A stretch of DNA of 64,000 bases from contig DATAUC010000062.1 in assembly GCA_036268485.1 (NCBI GenBank), positions 31,763-95,762 on the forward strand, read 5' to 3'. The translations under genes were made by a program, and so were the position numbers. Source of the stretch: Acidimicrobiales bacterium. Lineage in GTDB: Bacteria; Actinomycetota; Acidimicrobiia; Acidimicrobiales; RAAP-2. Each line of letters begins with the position of its first letter. Position 1 is the first letter of the stretch. Of the stretch, positions 53,284 to 61,848 are shown piece after piece. Under the pieces are notes generated by a model, which worked only from the letters and a program-made list of their open reading frames with translations, was not told where the DNA came from and searched no databases.

Positions 53284-54365
53284 GAGGACCTTTCGATGGC
53301 GTGTTGGATGAGAGAGACGAAGCGTTGCTGCGAGTCGGGCAGGTTGAACTCTTCGGCTCGGGCCCGGCCGGCGGCCGAAAGATGGTCGCGCAGTGCGCCG
53401 TCGTTGAGCACGCGGGCCACGGCCGCCGCAAAATGAACCGGCTCCTTGTCGTCCAGGACGAGGCCGGCACCGGCCACCGTTTCGGGTACCGCCGTGACGC
53501 CGTAGGCGACGATGGGTGTGCCGTGGCCCATGGCTTCGGCCAGCGGCACGCAGAAGCCTTCGTGGTCCGAGGCGCACACGAAGACGTCGGCGGACTGGAA
53601 ATAGGCCTCCAGCTCGGCGCCGCTGATGGAGCCGGGGAAGAAGACGGCATCGTCCAGCCCGACATCGTGAATGAAGGCGCGCAGCGCCGGCTCGTAGGTT
53701 TCGCCCAGGGGCGATCCCACCAGATGCAGACGGGCCGCCGGATCGTAGACAGTGCGCAGGACCGACAGCATCTTGACCAGGTCGTGCGGCGCCTTGTGCG
53801 GCGAGATCTTCCCGACGAAGAGAAGGTCGGCCCCACCGCGCCCCTTGCGCTCGGCCATGCGGGCCAGCAGGGCGGGATCGGGCGCGTCGCTCTTGCGGTG
53901 CATATCGATGAGCAGGGGCACCACCGCGGTGTCGACATAGCCCAGGGCTCGTAGTTCGGACTCGTTGAAAGCGGAGTCGGCCACGGCGAAGCGACTCTGC
54001 TGGGCCAGTCGGCCAAGCTGGGTGCGGCCGAGCGCCACCTCGTAGCCCACGTTGGGTTCCCAGTCGCGCAATAGGGAGGCCGGGGTGATGTTGTGGTAGT
54101 TGACCAACTTCGGTTCATCCCGTGCCGCAAAGAGGTCGTAGACCGGGCTGCCGATGGAGGACTGGTAGAGGAGCCAGCGGTCGCCGCGACCGCCTCGTCC
54201 CAGCTCGGTGACGGGTCGGCCCTCGTGTTCGACATCGGGCGTGAAGCTCCCGTAGTAGATGTCCGAATCGACGCCGGCGGCGCGCAACCCGTCGCGCAGA
54301 TTGATGGTGTGCACCCCGATGGCGTCGCGGCTGGCCAACGAAGGGATGACCTGGTCGACGCGCAC
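53280..54365 (-). CDS. GT4-family glycosyltransferase (HQFVP subfamily)
   Basis: The likely GTG start at 54365 (VRVDQVIPSLASRDAIGVHT) aligns with the paralogue N-termini. The alternative ATG at 54455 would overlap the divergent gene. It also has SDHEGFCVPLAEAMGHGTPIV. Confidence 0.7.
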   Translation of the reverse strand: MRVDQVIPSLASRDAIGVHTINLRDGLRAAGVDSDIYYGSFTPDVEHEGRPVTELGRGGRGDRWLLYQSSIGSPVYDLFAARDEPKLVNYHNITPASLLRDWEPNVGYEVALGRTQLGRLAQQSRFAVADSAFNESELRALGYVDTAVVPLLIDMHRKSDAPDPALLARMAERKGRGGADLLFVGKISPHKAPHDLVKMLSVLRTVYDPAARLHLVGSPLGETYEPALRAFIHDVGLDDAVFFPGSISGAELEAYFQSADVFVCASDHEGFCVPLAEAMGHGTPIVAYGVTAVPETVAGAGLVLDDKEPVHFAAAVARVLNDGALRDHLSAAGRARAEEFNLPDSQQRFVSLIQHAIERSS

Positions 54366-54447
54366 GGGCGTGCAGTGTACCGGCGCCCCGTTGCTACCCC
54401 GATTCCCTGGTGGATGCACCAATTCTTCCGGGCCCGCCCGGTAGGGT

Positions 54448-57081
54448 TTGCCCATCGTGATGGCTCTTTCCGGACCGGCGCGTCCCCGAAGTTGGATCCG
54501 TCGCCGCCGGCGGCTGGTCTTGGCGGCCACCTTGGCCGCCACGGTGGCGGTGGCCGTACCACTCGTGCTGAGCACCCCCTCGGGCCCGGTGTCTGCGTAT
54601 CCGACATCAACCGTGGTGCTCAGTGGCCATGGATTCGGCCACGGCATCGGCATGGGCCAGTACGGATCGCTCGGGTACGCCATCGGGGCCGACCAGGGGC
54701 TCGGGCCGTTCGCCTACCAACTGATCGTGGCCCACTACTACGGCGGCACCTCGTTGCAGACGCTGGGCACGGCGCCGGCGCCGGCATCGCTGCACAACGG
54801 GAACGTCCTGGTGGCCATCACCGAGAACAACGGGGACGACCTCATCGCCACGGCCGCCGCCGGTGACGTCGCCGTGCCGGGGGGCACGACGGCCGTCGCC
54901 GTGCTGTTCCACATGACCAGCCCCGGCGTCTACACGGTCTCGACCAGTGGCGGGTGTGCCGGCCAGGGCGGGTGGCAGCAGGTTGCCACCGGCGTGGCCA
55001 ACCCGACCACAGCGGCGCAGAACGGCGGTCCGGTCGAGTTGTGTCAATCCGGCGCCAGCATTGAGATGCACGGCGCGCTCACCGCGGTGACGACCACGGC
55101 GGGGGCCGCCCGCACCGTCAACACATTGCCCTTGGAGCAATACGTCGCCGATGTGGCACCAGCCGAATCCCCTTCGAGCTGGGCCGCCCTTGGCGGGGCG
55201 GGACCCCAGGGCCAGGACTGGGGTTTCCAGCAGAGCGAAGCACAGACGGTGGCCGCCCGTTCCTATGTGGAGGCCAGCCCCTTGGGCTTCGGCGGCTACG
55301 CCGACACGTGTGACCAGACGTGCCAGTCGTATCCGGGCATGAAGTTCGAGACAGCCACCTCGGTGCTGGCCGCGCAGGACACGGCGGGCCAGGTCATGGT
55401 GGTCAACGGCACCTCCACTGTGGCCACCACCGAGTACTCCTCCTCGTCCGGTGGCTACTCCGCCGGCGCCCAGTTCCCGGCCGTGGTCGACCTCGGTGAC
55501 GGCGTGTGCATCAGCGCCTCTGTGTGCAATCCGAACCACAACTGGACGGCGACCATCACGGTGGCCGCCATTGATGCCGCCTATCCCTCCATCGGCACCC
55601 TGAGCTCCTTCGCGGTCACGTCGCGCGACGGCAACGGCGACTTCGGCGGCCGGGTCAACCAGTTGACGCTGACCGGCACCAGCGGATCGGTGTCGATGAC
55701 GGGCAACGCCTTCGCCGCCGCCTTCAACCTCAAGTCGAACTGGTTCTCGCTGGGCAATCAGCCGAGCGGCGGCGTCGGCGGCTACTACCTCGATGCCAGC
55801 GACGGCAGCGTCTTCAGTTTCGGCAACGCCGTCAATGACGGCAGCATGGCCGGCACGCCGCTCAACAAGCCGGTGGTCGGCATGGCCACCACCAGCGACT
55901 CGCAGGGCTATTGGCTGGTGGCCACCGACGGTGGCATCTTCAGCTTCGGCGACGCCCACTTCTACGGCAGCACGGGGAACATCAACCTCAACAAGCCGAT
56001 CGTCGGCATGGCCACCACGCCCGACGGCCTGGGCTACTGGATGGTGGCGTCGGACGGCGGCATCTTCAGCTTCGGCGATGCCAAGTTCTTCGGCAGCACG
56101 GGGAGTCTGAAGCTCAACAAGCCGATCGTCGGCATGGTGCCGACCCATGACGGGCAGGGCTACTGGCTGGTCGCCTCCGACGGCGGCATCTTCAACTATG
56201 GCGATGCCAGCTACTTCGGCTCCACCGGGGCGATGAAGCTCAACCAGCCCATCGTGGGCATGGCCGTCACGCCGACCGGTCTCGGTTACTGGCTGGTTGC
56301 CTCCGACGGTGGCATCTTCAGCTACGGCGACGCCAAGTTCTTCGGCTCGACCGGTGGGATGAAACTCAACCTCCCGATCGTGGGCATGGCGGTGACGCCG
56401 ACCGGCCTCGGCTACTGGCTTGTCGCCTCCGACGGCGGCATCTTCAGCTACGGCGACGCCAAGTTCTTCGGCTCCACCGGGGCGATGAAGCTGAACCAGC
56501 CCATCGTGGGGATGGCAGCCGAGCCTGACGGGTCCGGCTACTGGCTGGTGGCCTCCGACGGCGGCATCTTCAGCTACGGCGACTCGCCCTTCTACGGATC
56601 GACCGGGGCGATGAAGCTGAACAAGCCGATCGTGGGTATGGCCTCGAGCGCCGACGGGAACGGGTACTGGCTGGTCGCCTCCGATGGTGGCATCTTCAAC
56701 TACGGCGACGCCCACTTCTTCGGATCGACCGGAGCCATGACCTTGAACCAGCCCATCGTCGGGATGGCGGCCCATCCCGGCATTCCGCCTACGACGATCT
56801 TGACCATGTCATCGATCCAGCCAACCACCATCCCGGCGGACGGGACCACCCAGGTCGGTATCAGCGTGGCGGGCGCTCCCGTCGGGGACATCATCCACGT
56901 CACCGGTTTGGGATCACCGTCGGCGGCCTGCGGGACTCTGAGTCCCGCCACCGAGACAGTGGGATCCGGCATGGTCCCATTCTTCCACTACACCGCCTCG
57001 ATGACCCCGGGAACCTGCACGGTGACCGCCACCGAGTCCCTGCAGGGGCAAAGTGCACAGCTGGTGATCACCCAGCAGTAA
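54448..57081 (+). CDS. secreted SpoIID/LytB-domain protein with eight 42-aa repeats and a C-terminal Ig-like domain
   Basis: It begins with an R-rich signal or anchor sequence (the start may be the ATG at 54460). SpoIID signatures are [15 protein letters not shown] and [10 protein letters not shown]. Eight repeats follow with the consensus [36 protein letters not shown]. The tail [17 protein letters not shown]...TCTVTATE is Big-like. Confidence 0.8.
   Translation: [877 protein letters not shown]
55780..56787 (+). repeat. eight tandem 126-bp coding repeats
   Basis: The period of 126 nt (42 aa) is visible at the DNA level. For example, 56275-56400 and 56401-56526 are nearly identical. All repeats are in frame inside the CDS 54448..57081. 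Confidence 0.85.
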
Positions 57082-57215
57082 CGCCGAGGTAGGACCGGCG
57101 CGGGTCCGCATCGGATGGGGGCCGGAGTCGGGAGCGATGGGATGGCGCCCGGGTGCCGTCAATGGAAGCAGGAGATTAAGCTGAAGACCCGACGGATCCC
57201 ACCTGGAGGTGTCCT

Positions 57216-58229
57216 ATGCCGGCCGTGACCGTTGACAATCTGGCCACCCTTCCCCACGTCGCCGATCCCGATGAGGCCACCACCGCCGAGCGCCCGGTGG
57301 CCTCGGTGACCACCGCGCCGACCGGCCTGGAGGGGGAGGGGTTCCCGGTCCGGCGGGCGTTCGCCGGCATGAGCCTCGCCGATCTCGACCCGTTCGTGCA
57401 CATGGATCAGATGGGGGAGGTCGACTACGCCCCGGGAGAGCCGAAGGGCACCCCCTGGCACCCGCACCGGGGGTTCGAGACGGTGACCTACATGATCGAC
57501 GGAACCTTCGCCCACCAGGATTCCCACGGCGGCGGTGGCCTCATCTCCAACGGTGACACCCAGTGGATGACCGCCGGCGGCGGGATCCTCCACATCGAGA
57601 CGCCCCCCGAGGAGCTGGTGGTCTCCGGGGGTCTGTTCCACGGCATCCAGCTCTGGGTCAACCTGCCGGCCAAGGACAAGATGATCCCGCCCGCCTACCA
57701 GGGCCTCGAAGCCGGCGATGTGACGCTGCTGTCCTCCACCGACGGGGGCGCCCTGGTCCGGGTGATCGCCGGCCAGGTCGGTGACCAGGCCGGTCCCGGC
57801 TCGACCCACACCCCGATGGCGCTGATGCACGCCACCCTGGCCGCCGGCGCCCAGTTGCGCCTCCCCTGGAATCCCAGCTTCAACGCCCTGGTCTATGTCC
57901 TGGCCGGATCGGGAAGGGTGGGATCCGAGGGTCGGCCCATCCAGGTCGGTCAACTGGCTGCCTTCGGTCCCGGTGACTGGATCAGTGTCCGGGCCGACGA
58001 TGACGGGGATTCGCGCCACGCCCAGCTCGACATCCTGGTGCTCGGGGGCCAGCCGATCGGCGAGCCGGTCGAGCACTACGGCCCGTTCGTGATGAACACC
58101 CGGGCCGAGATCCAACAGGCCATGGACGACTTCCAGGCCGGTCGGCTCGGCACCATCCCGGAAGGCGCATTGATGCCTCATGTGCCCGACCCGGATCCGG
58201 TGCGGGCCGACGACCACACCGGGATCTGA
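57216..58229 (+). CDS. pirin family protein
   Basis: It has WHPHRGFETVTYMIDG and a bicupin layout. The length is 337 aa. Confidence 0.85.
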   Translation: MPAVTVDNLATLPHVADPDEATTAERPVASVTTAPTGLEGEGFPVRRAFAGMSLADLDPFVHMDQMGEVDYAPGEPKGTPWHPHRGFETVTYMIDGTFAHQDSHGGGGLISNGDTQWMTAGGGILHIETPPEELVVSGGLFHGIQLWVNLPAKDKMIPPAYQGLEAGDVTLLSSTDGGALVRVIAGQVGDQAGPGSTHTPMALMHATLAAGAQLRLPWNPSFNALVYVLAGSGRVGSEGRPIQVGQLAAFGPGDWISVRADDDGDSRHAQLDILVLGGQPIGEPVEHYGPFVMNTRAEIQQAMDDFQAGRLGTIPEGALMPHVPDPDPVRADDHTGI

Positions 58230-58270
58230 GGCGGCAGGAGCGATCCCGGCGCGGTCGACGCCGACCTCCG

Positions 58271-59779
58271 CTACACCGGGGCGGGCTCCAGCCCGGGGAC
58301 CGGGCTCGACTCCGGATCGGCTTCGCCAGCCGCGGCAGCCGCAGCCCGGACCTCGGCGGCGGTGGCCATCGGGGACAAGGCGATGAGCAACGCGCCGACC
58401 AGGGCGACGGCCGACCCGACTCTGAAGGCCAGCACCGTCCCCTGGGTATAGGCGCCGGCGGCGGCCGCCCCGTGGGCGATCGACGCGGTGGCGTGCCGGA
58501 GGGCGAGGGTGGCCAGCACCGCCAGCCCCACCGCCCCGCCCACCTGCTGGGAGGTGGACTGAATGCCGGCCGCCAGGCTGGCATCCTGTCCGGACACGTC
58601 GTGCATGGAGGCATTCCCGAAGGCGGCAAAGCTGAGCCCCGAACCGAACGCCATCACCACCAGCGCCGGCAGCGTCTGGCTGACATAGGAGCCGTGGACG
58701 CTGATCCTCGACAGTAGGAGGACGCCGGCCGCCACGAACAACGACCCGGCGAACAGCAGTGGCTTCAATCCGACCCGGGTGATCAGCGCACTGGAGACGG
58801 CGATCCCCAAGCCGATGACCACACCGAAGGGCAGGTAGGCCAGGCCCGTCACGATGGTCGAGTAGTGCTCCACCTGCTGCAGGTACAGGGTCAGCAGATA
58901 GAAGACGGTGAAGAAGACGCTGGCGAAGAACAGGTTGGCCACATTGGCGCTCACCCTTGTCCGGTTGGCCAGGAAGCCGTGGGGGACCAGGGGATCGGAG
59001 GCGGACCGCTCCCGGGCCACGAAGGCGGCCAGCGCCACGGCGCCGAGTCCCAGCGAGGCGACCACCTGGTTGGAGCCCCACGGGTGGTTGCCGGCGGCGA
59101 TGAACCCGTAGACGATGCCGACCAGTCCGGCGGTGCCGAGGATGGCTCCGGCGAAGTCGGGTCGGGCGCGGTTGGTGTTGACCACCCGATCGGCCCGGCT
59201 CTCCGAAACCAGGCGGAGGGTGACCACCGCCGCGAAGATGCCGATGGGAATGTTGACGAAGAAGATCCAACGCCACGAGGCCACGCTGATCAACAGGCCG
59301 GAGATCACCGGGCCGAGGGTCCCGCCCAACCCGGCCACCCCACCGAAGATGCCGATGGCCTTGGCCCGCTCCTTCGGCTCGGTGAACAGCAGGGCCACCA
59401 GCCCGAACGCCGCCGGCGCGGCGATGGCCTCGCCCATGCCCTGGACGAACCGGCTGGCCACCAGCATCGCCGGGTTGATCGCCGCTCCGCTGGCCGCCGA
59501 CGCCAGCGCGAAGAGGAGCACGCCACCGATGAACATCCGCCGCCTTCCGAGCAGATCGCCGAGGCGACCGCCGAGTAGCAGCAGCCCGCCGGCGGTGAGG
59601 ACATAGCCGTCGACCACCCAGGCCAACCCGGCCCGGGTGAAGTGGAGGTCGGTCTGGATGTGGGGGAGGGCCACATTGACCACCGTGATGTCGAGCACCA
59701 GCATGAACTGCACCAGGGCGATGACGCCGAGGGCCTTCCAGCGGCGGGAGTCCAGAGTCTGCGCGGGGTTGTTGGTCAT
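58271..59779 (-). CDS. MFS transporter, DHA2 (14-TMS drug:H+ antiporter) type
   Basis: The 502-aa product has about 14 hydrophobic segments. It has LGGRLGDLLGRRRMF (MFS motif A) and the N-terminus WKALGVIALVQFMLVLDITVVNVALP. Confidence 0.8.
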   Translation of the reverse strand: MTNNPAQTLDSRRWKALGVIALVQFMLVLDITVVNVALPHIQTDLHFTRAGLAWVVDGYVLTAGGLLLLGGRLGDLLGRRRMFIGGVLLFALASAASGAAINPAMLVASRFVQGMGEAIAAPAAFGLVALLFTEPKERAKAIGIFGGVAGLGGTLGPVISGLLISVASWRWIFFVNIPIGIFAAVVTLRLVSESRADRVVNTNRARPDFAGAILGTAGLVGIVYGFIAAGNHPWGSNQVVASLGLGAVALAAFVARERSASDPLVPHGFLANRTRVSANVANLFFASVFFTVFYLLTLYLQQVEHYSTIVTGLAYLPFGVVIGLGIAVSSALITRVGLKPLLFAGSLFVAAGVLLLSRISVHGSYVSQTLPALVVMAFGSGLSFAAFGNASMHDVSGQDASLAAGIQSTSQQVGGAVGLAVLATLALRHATASIAHGAAAAGAYTQGTVLAFRVGSAVALVGALLIALSPMATAAEVRAAAAAAGEADPESSPVPGLEPAPV

Positions 59780-59794
59780 GGGATCAACCTAAAT

Positions 59795-59825
59795 CACTAT
59801 CAGGACAGATTCTGTCCTGATAGTG
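59795..59825. promoter_or_regulatory. perfect palindromic operator candidate in the MFS / WYL-regulator divergent intergenic region
   Basis: The arms cactatcaggaca (59795-59807) and tgtcctgatagtg (59813-59825) are 13 bp each, with a 5-bp spacer. It lies 15 nt from the MFS start and 7 nt from the regulator start. Confidence 0.6.
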
Positions 59826-59832
59826 GAAGAAT

Positions 59833-60801
59833 GTGGAGATTGTGGGAGACGCCCCGGGACGCATGCTCGAACTGCTCGGCCTCCTCCAAGGCCGCCCCTC
59901 GTGGTCGGGGTTCGACCTGGCCGCCCGGCTGGAGGTGACCGAACGGACCATCCGCCGGGACGTGGACCGGCTACGGGTGCTGGGCTTCCCGGTCGAAGCG
60001 GCCCCCGGCCGCTTTGGCGGCTACCGCTTGGGCAGGGGGGCCAGTGTCCCTCCCCTGATGCTCAACGACGACGAGACGGTGGCGGTGGCTATCGGCCTGC
60101 GCTTCGCGGTGGACGGGACGATCGACGGTATCGAGGAGTCGGCGGTGTCCGCCCTGTCCAAACTGGACCAACTCCTGCCCGTGCACCTGGCCCGGCGGAT
60201 CCGGGCCGTTCACGACAACACCGCGTCGATGACCCGGGACGGGAGAAATGAGCGGATTGCCGCCTCCCATCTCATCCTCCTGGCTGGTGCTTGTGCCGGC
60301 CTGGAGCGGGTGCGCTTTGACTACATCGACAAAGGCGGTCGCCCGTCGCGCCGGCTGGTCGAGCCGCTCCGGGTGGTACGGGTGGGGGCGCGCTGGTATC
60401 TGGCTGCCCACGACATCGACCGATCCGACTGGCGGACCTTCCGCCTCGACCGGATCAAGTCCCCGGAGAACGTCGGTACCCGCTTCGAGCGGGTGGATCC
60501 GCCCGACCCGGTCACGCTGATCAGCGAAGGCCTGGCGTCGATGCCCTATCCATTCGTCGCCCAGATCCTGCTACCGGTCTCCTTCGACGAGGCGGCCAGG
60601 ATGATCCCCCGGACGGTCGCCATGCTCGAGAGCCAGGAGGGAGGGACCGTGGTCGAGCTCGGATCGTCCTCCCTGGAGCGGATGGTCGGCTACCTGGCCG
60701 GACTTCGGCCCCCGTGCCAGGTCCTGGACCCGCCCGAGCTGCGCCGTGCCCTCGCCGAACACGCTCGCCAGGTCACCGCTGCCAACACCAGCAGCCCATA
60801 G
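59833..60801 (+). CDS. YafY-family transcriptional regulator (HTH plus WYL domain)
   Basis: The HTH is RMLELLGLLQGRPSWSGFDLAARLEVTERTIRRDVDRL. The WYL region is VRVGARWYLAAHD. The start is GTG 59833, or alternatively GTG 59842 or ATG 59863. Confidence 0.8.
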   Translation: MEIVGDAPGRMLELLGLLQGRPSWSGFDLAARLEVTERTIRRDVDRLRVLGFPVEAAPGRFGGYRLGRGASVPPLMLNDDETVAVAIGLRFAVDGTIDGIEESAVSALSKLDQLLPVHLARRIRAVHDNTASMTRDGRNERIAASHLILLAGACAGLERVRFDYIDKGGRPSRRLVEPLRVVRVGARWYLAAHDIDRSDWRTFRLDRIKSPENVGTRFERVDPPDPVTLISEGLASMPYPFVAQILLPVSFDEAARMIPRTVAMLESQEGGTVVELGSSSLERMVGYLAGLRPPCQVLDPPELRRALAEHARQVTAANTSSP

Positions 60802-60945
60802 CCCCGGCGGCCAGCATCTTCTGACCTGTCCGGAGGACCGAGGGCGGCTGCGGTTTGACCAATGGTCAGCGTCGGACTTGAAAGGGTAGGGACACTTAAG
60901 CTTGTCGGATGACGTTGGCGCACCTCGCCGAGGCCGAGAGCAATC

Positions 60946-61209
60946 ATGAGCTACACCCCTGCTGAAGTCTCTGCGGCGACGGCCGCCATGGATGAGTTCA
61001 GAGCCGGCGACGTGGGCGAGGTCGGGGCGGTGCTCGTGGTCGTGGGCTTGAGTTCCGAGAGAACCGTCAAGGAATCGCGGATCCGTGACGACATGATTCG
61101 AATTGCCCACCGCGCCGGCGCCTCGATCCGCCAGCTCGCCGAAGTATCAGGCCTGGGTCGCAAAACCGTGACCGCCATCGTGTCGACTGATCCGCATCGG
61201 CCGGAGTGA
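60946..61209 (+). CDS. small hypothetical protein with a C-terminal HTH-like segment
   Basis: The product is 87 aa. The segment ASIRQLAEVSGLGRKTVTAIV resembles a resolvase/sigma-type HTH. Confidence 0.4.
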   Translation: MSYTPAEVSAATAAMDEFRAGDVGEVGAVLVVVGLSSERTVKESRIRDDMIRIAHRAGASIRQLAEVSGLGRKTVTAIVSTDPHRPE

Positions 61210-61294
61210 TCGCTTCCGCCGGTTCACGGTAGCGCTTGACCGATCGCGGTGAGGGAACGACGCTGCGTAGGGGAAGCCAGGATGGGAGGCCTCT

Positions 61295-61735
61295 ATGGGG
61301 ACGGAAGTTTCGGGATTCAGTCAAATCAATTTGATCGTCCGGGACATGGACAAGGCGCTCGCCTTCTACCGCCGGCTCGGACTCACCATCGATGCCGAAC
61401 CGGGGTCCGAACACGTCGGGGTGACCTTCCCCAACGGCATGTCGATCGACCTCGACTCGGTCGGGTTCGTGCCGATGTGGGACTCCGCCTGGAAGGGAGC
61501 CACCGGCGGCAGCACGGTCCTCGGCTTCTCCGTTCTATCCCGGGAGGCCGTCGACGACCTCTACGCCACGCTGACCCGGGATGGGTACGTCGGTCGCCAA
61601 CAGCCCTATGACTCATTCTTTGGCGCCCGCTACGCCATGGTGGAGGACCCCGACGGCAACCCGGTCGGGCTGATGAGCCCGCGGGATCTCGAGCGCAACA
61701 CCTGGCCCCCGTCGCCGCCGCCATCCGGCCCGTAA
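61295..61735 (+). CDS. VOC (glyoxalase) family protein
   Basis: It contains FSQINLIVRDMDKALAFYRRLGL and YAMVEDPDGNPVGLM. Confidence 0.7.
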   Translation: MGTEVSGFSQINLIVRDMDKALAFYRRLGLTIDAEPGSEHVGVTFPNGMSIDLDSVGFVPMWDSAWKGATGGSTVLGFSVLSREAVDDLYATLTRDGYVGRQQPYDSFFGARYAMVEDPDGNPVGLMSPRDLERNTWPPSPPPSGP

Positions 61736-61848
61736 CCGGCCAACGGCAAGCCTCGACAATGCAGCCTGCGGGGGTAGCATCTCGACACGGGCTGGAGGAA
61801 CAGTCCCAAGCCGCTTTCGACTCGCCTTCTTCGGGGAAGGGGGACGCC

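Noticed and set aside
53021-54610. A 529-aa minus-strand ORF in an alternative frame over the FKBP and GT4 genes.
   Set aside because: It is P/R/S/T/W-rich and low in complexity. The GT4 and FKBP frames carry clear family motifs and a GTGA-coupled junction.
54607-56775. A 722-aa minus-strand ORF, plus several other-frame ORFs, across the SpoIID-repeat gene.
   Set aside because: It is the mirror image of the 126-bp coding repeats, giving a repetitive H/D/R/G-rich product. The plus frame has a signal peptide, SpoIID motifs and regular repeats.
55780-56787. Regular 126-bp tandem repeats, considered as a possible CRISPR array or non-coding satellite.
   Set aside because: There are no unique spacers. 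The repeats are contiguous, in frame, and encode a conserved 42-aa unit inside a long CDS.
57159-59276. A 705-aa minus-strand ORF covering the pirin gene and part of the MFS gene.
   Set aside because: It runs antisense to a clear pirin CDS and out of frame through the MFS CDS. The translation is R/G/P-rich and low in complexity.
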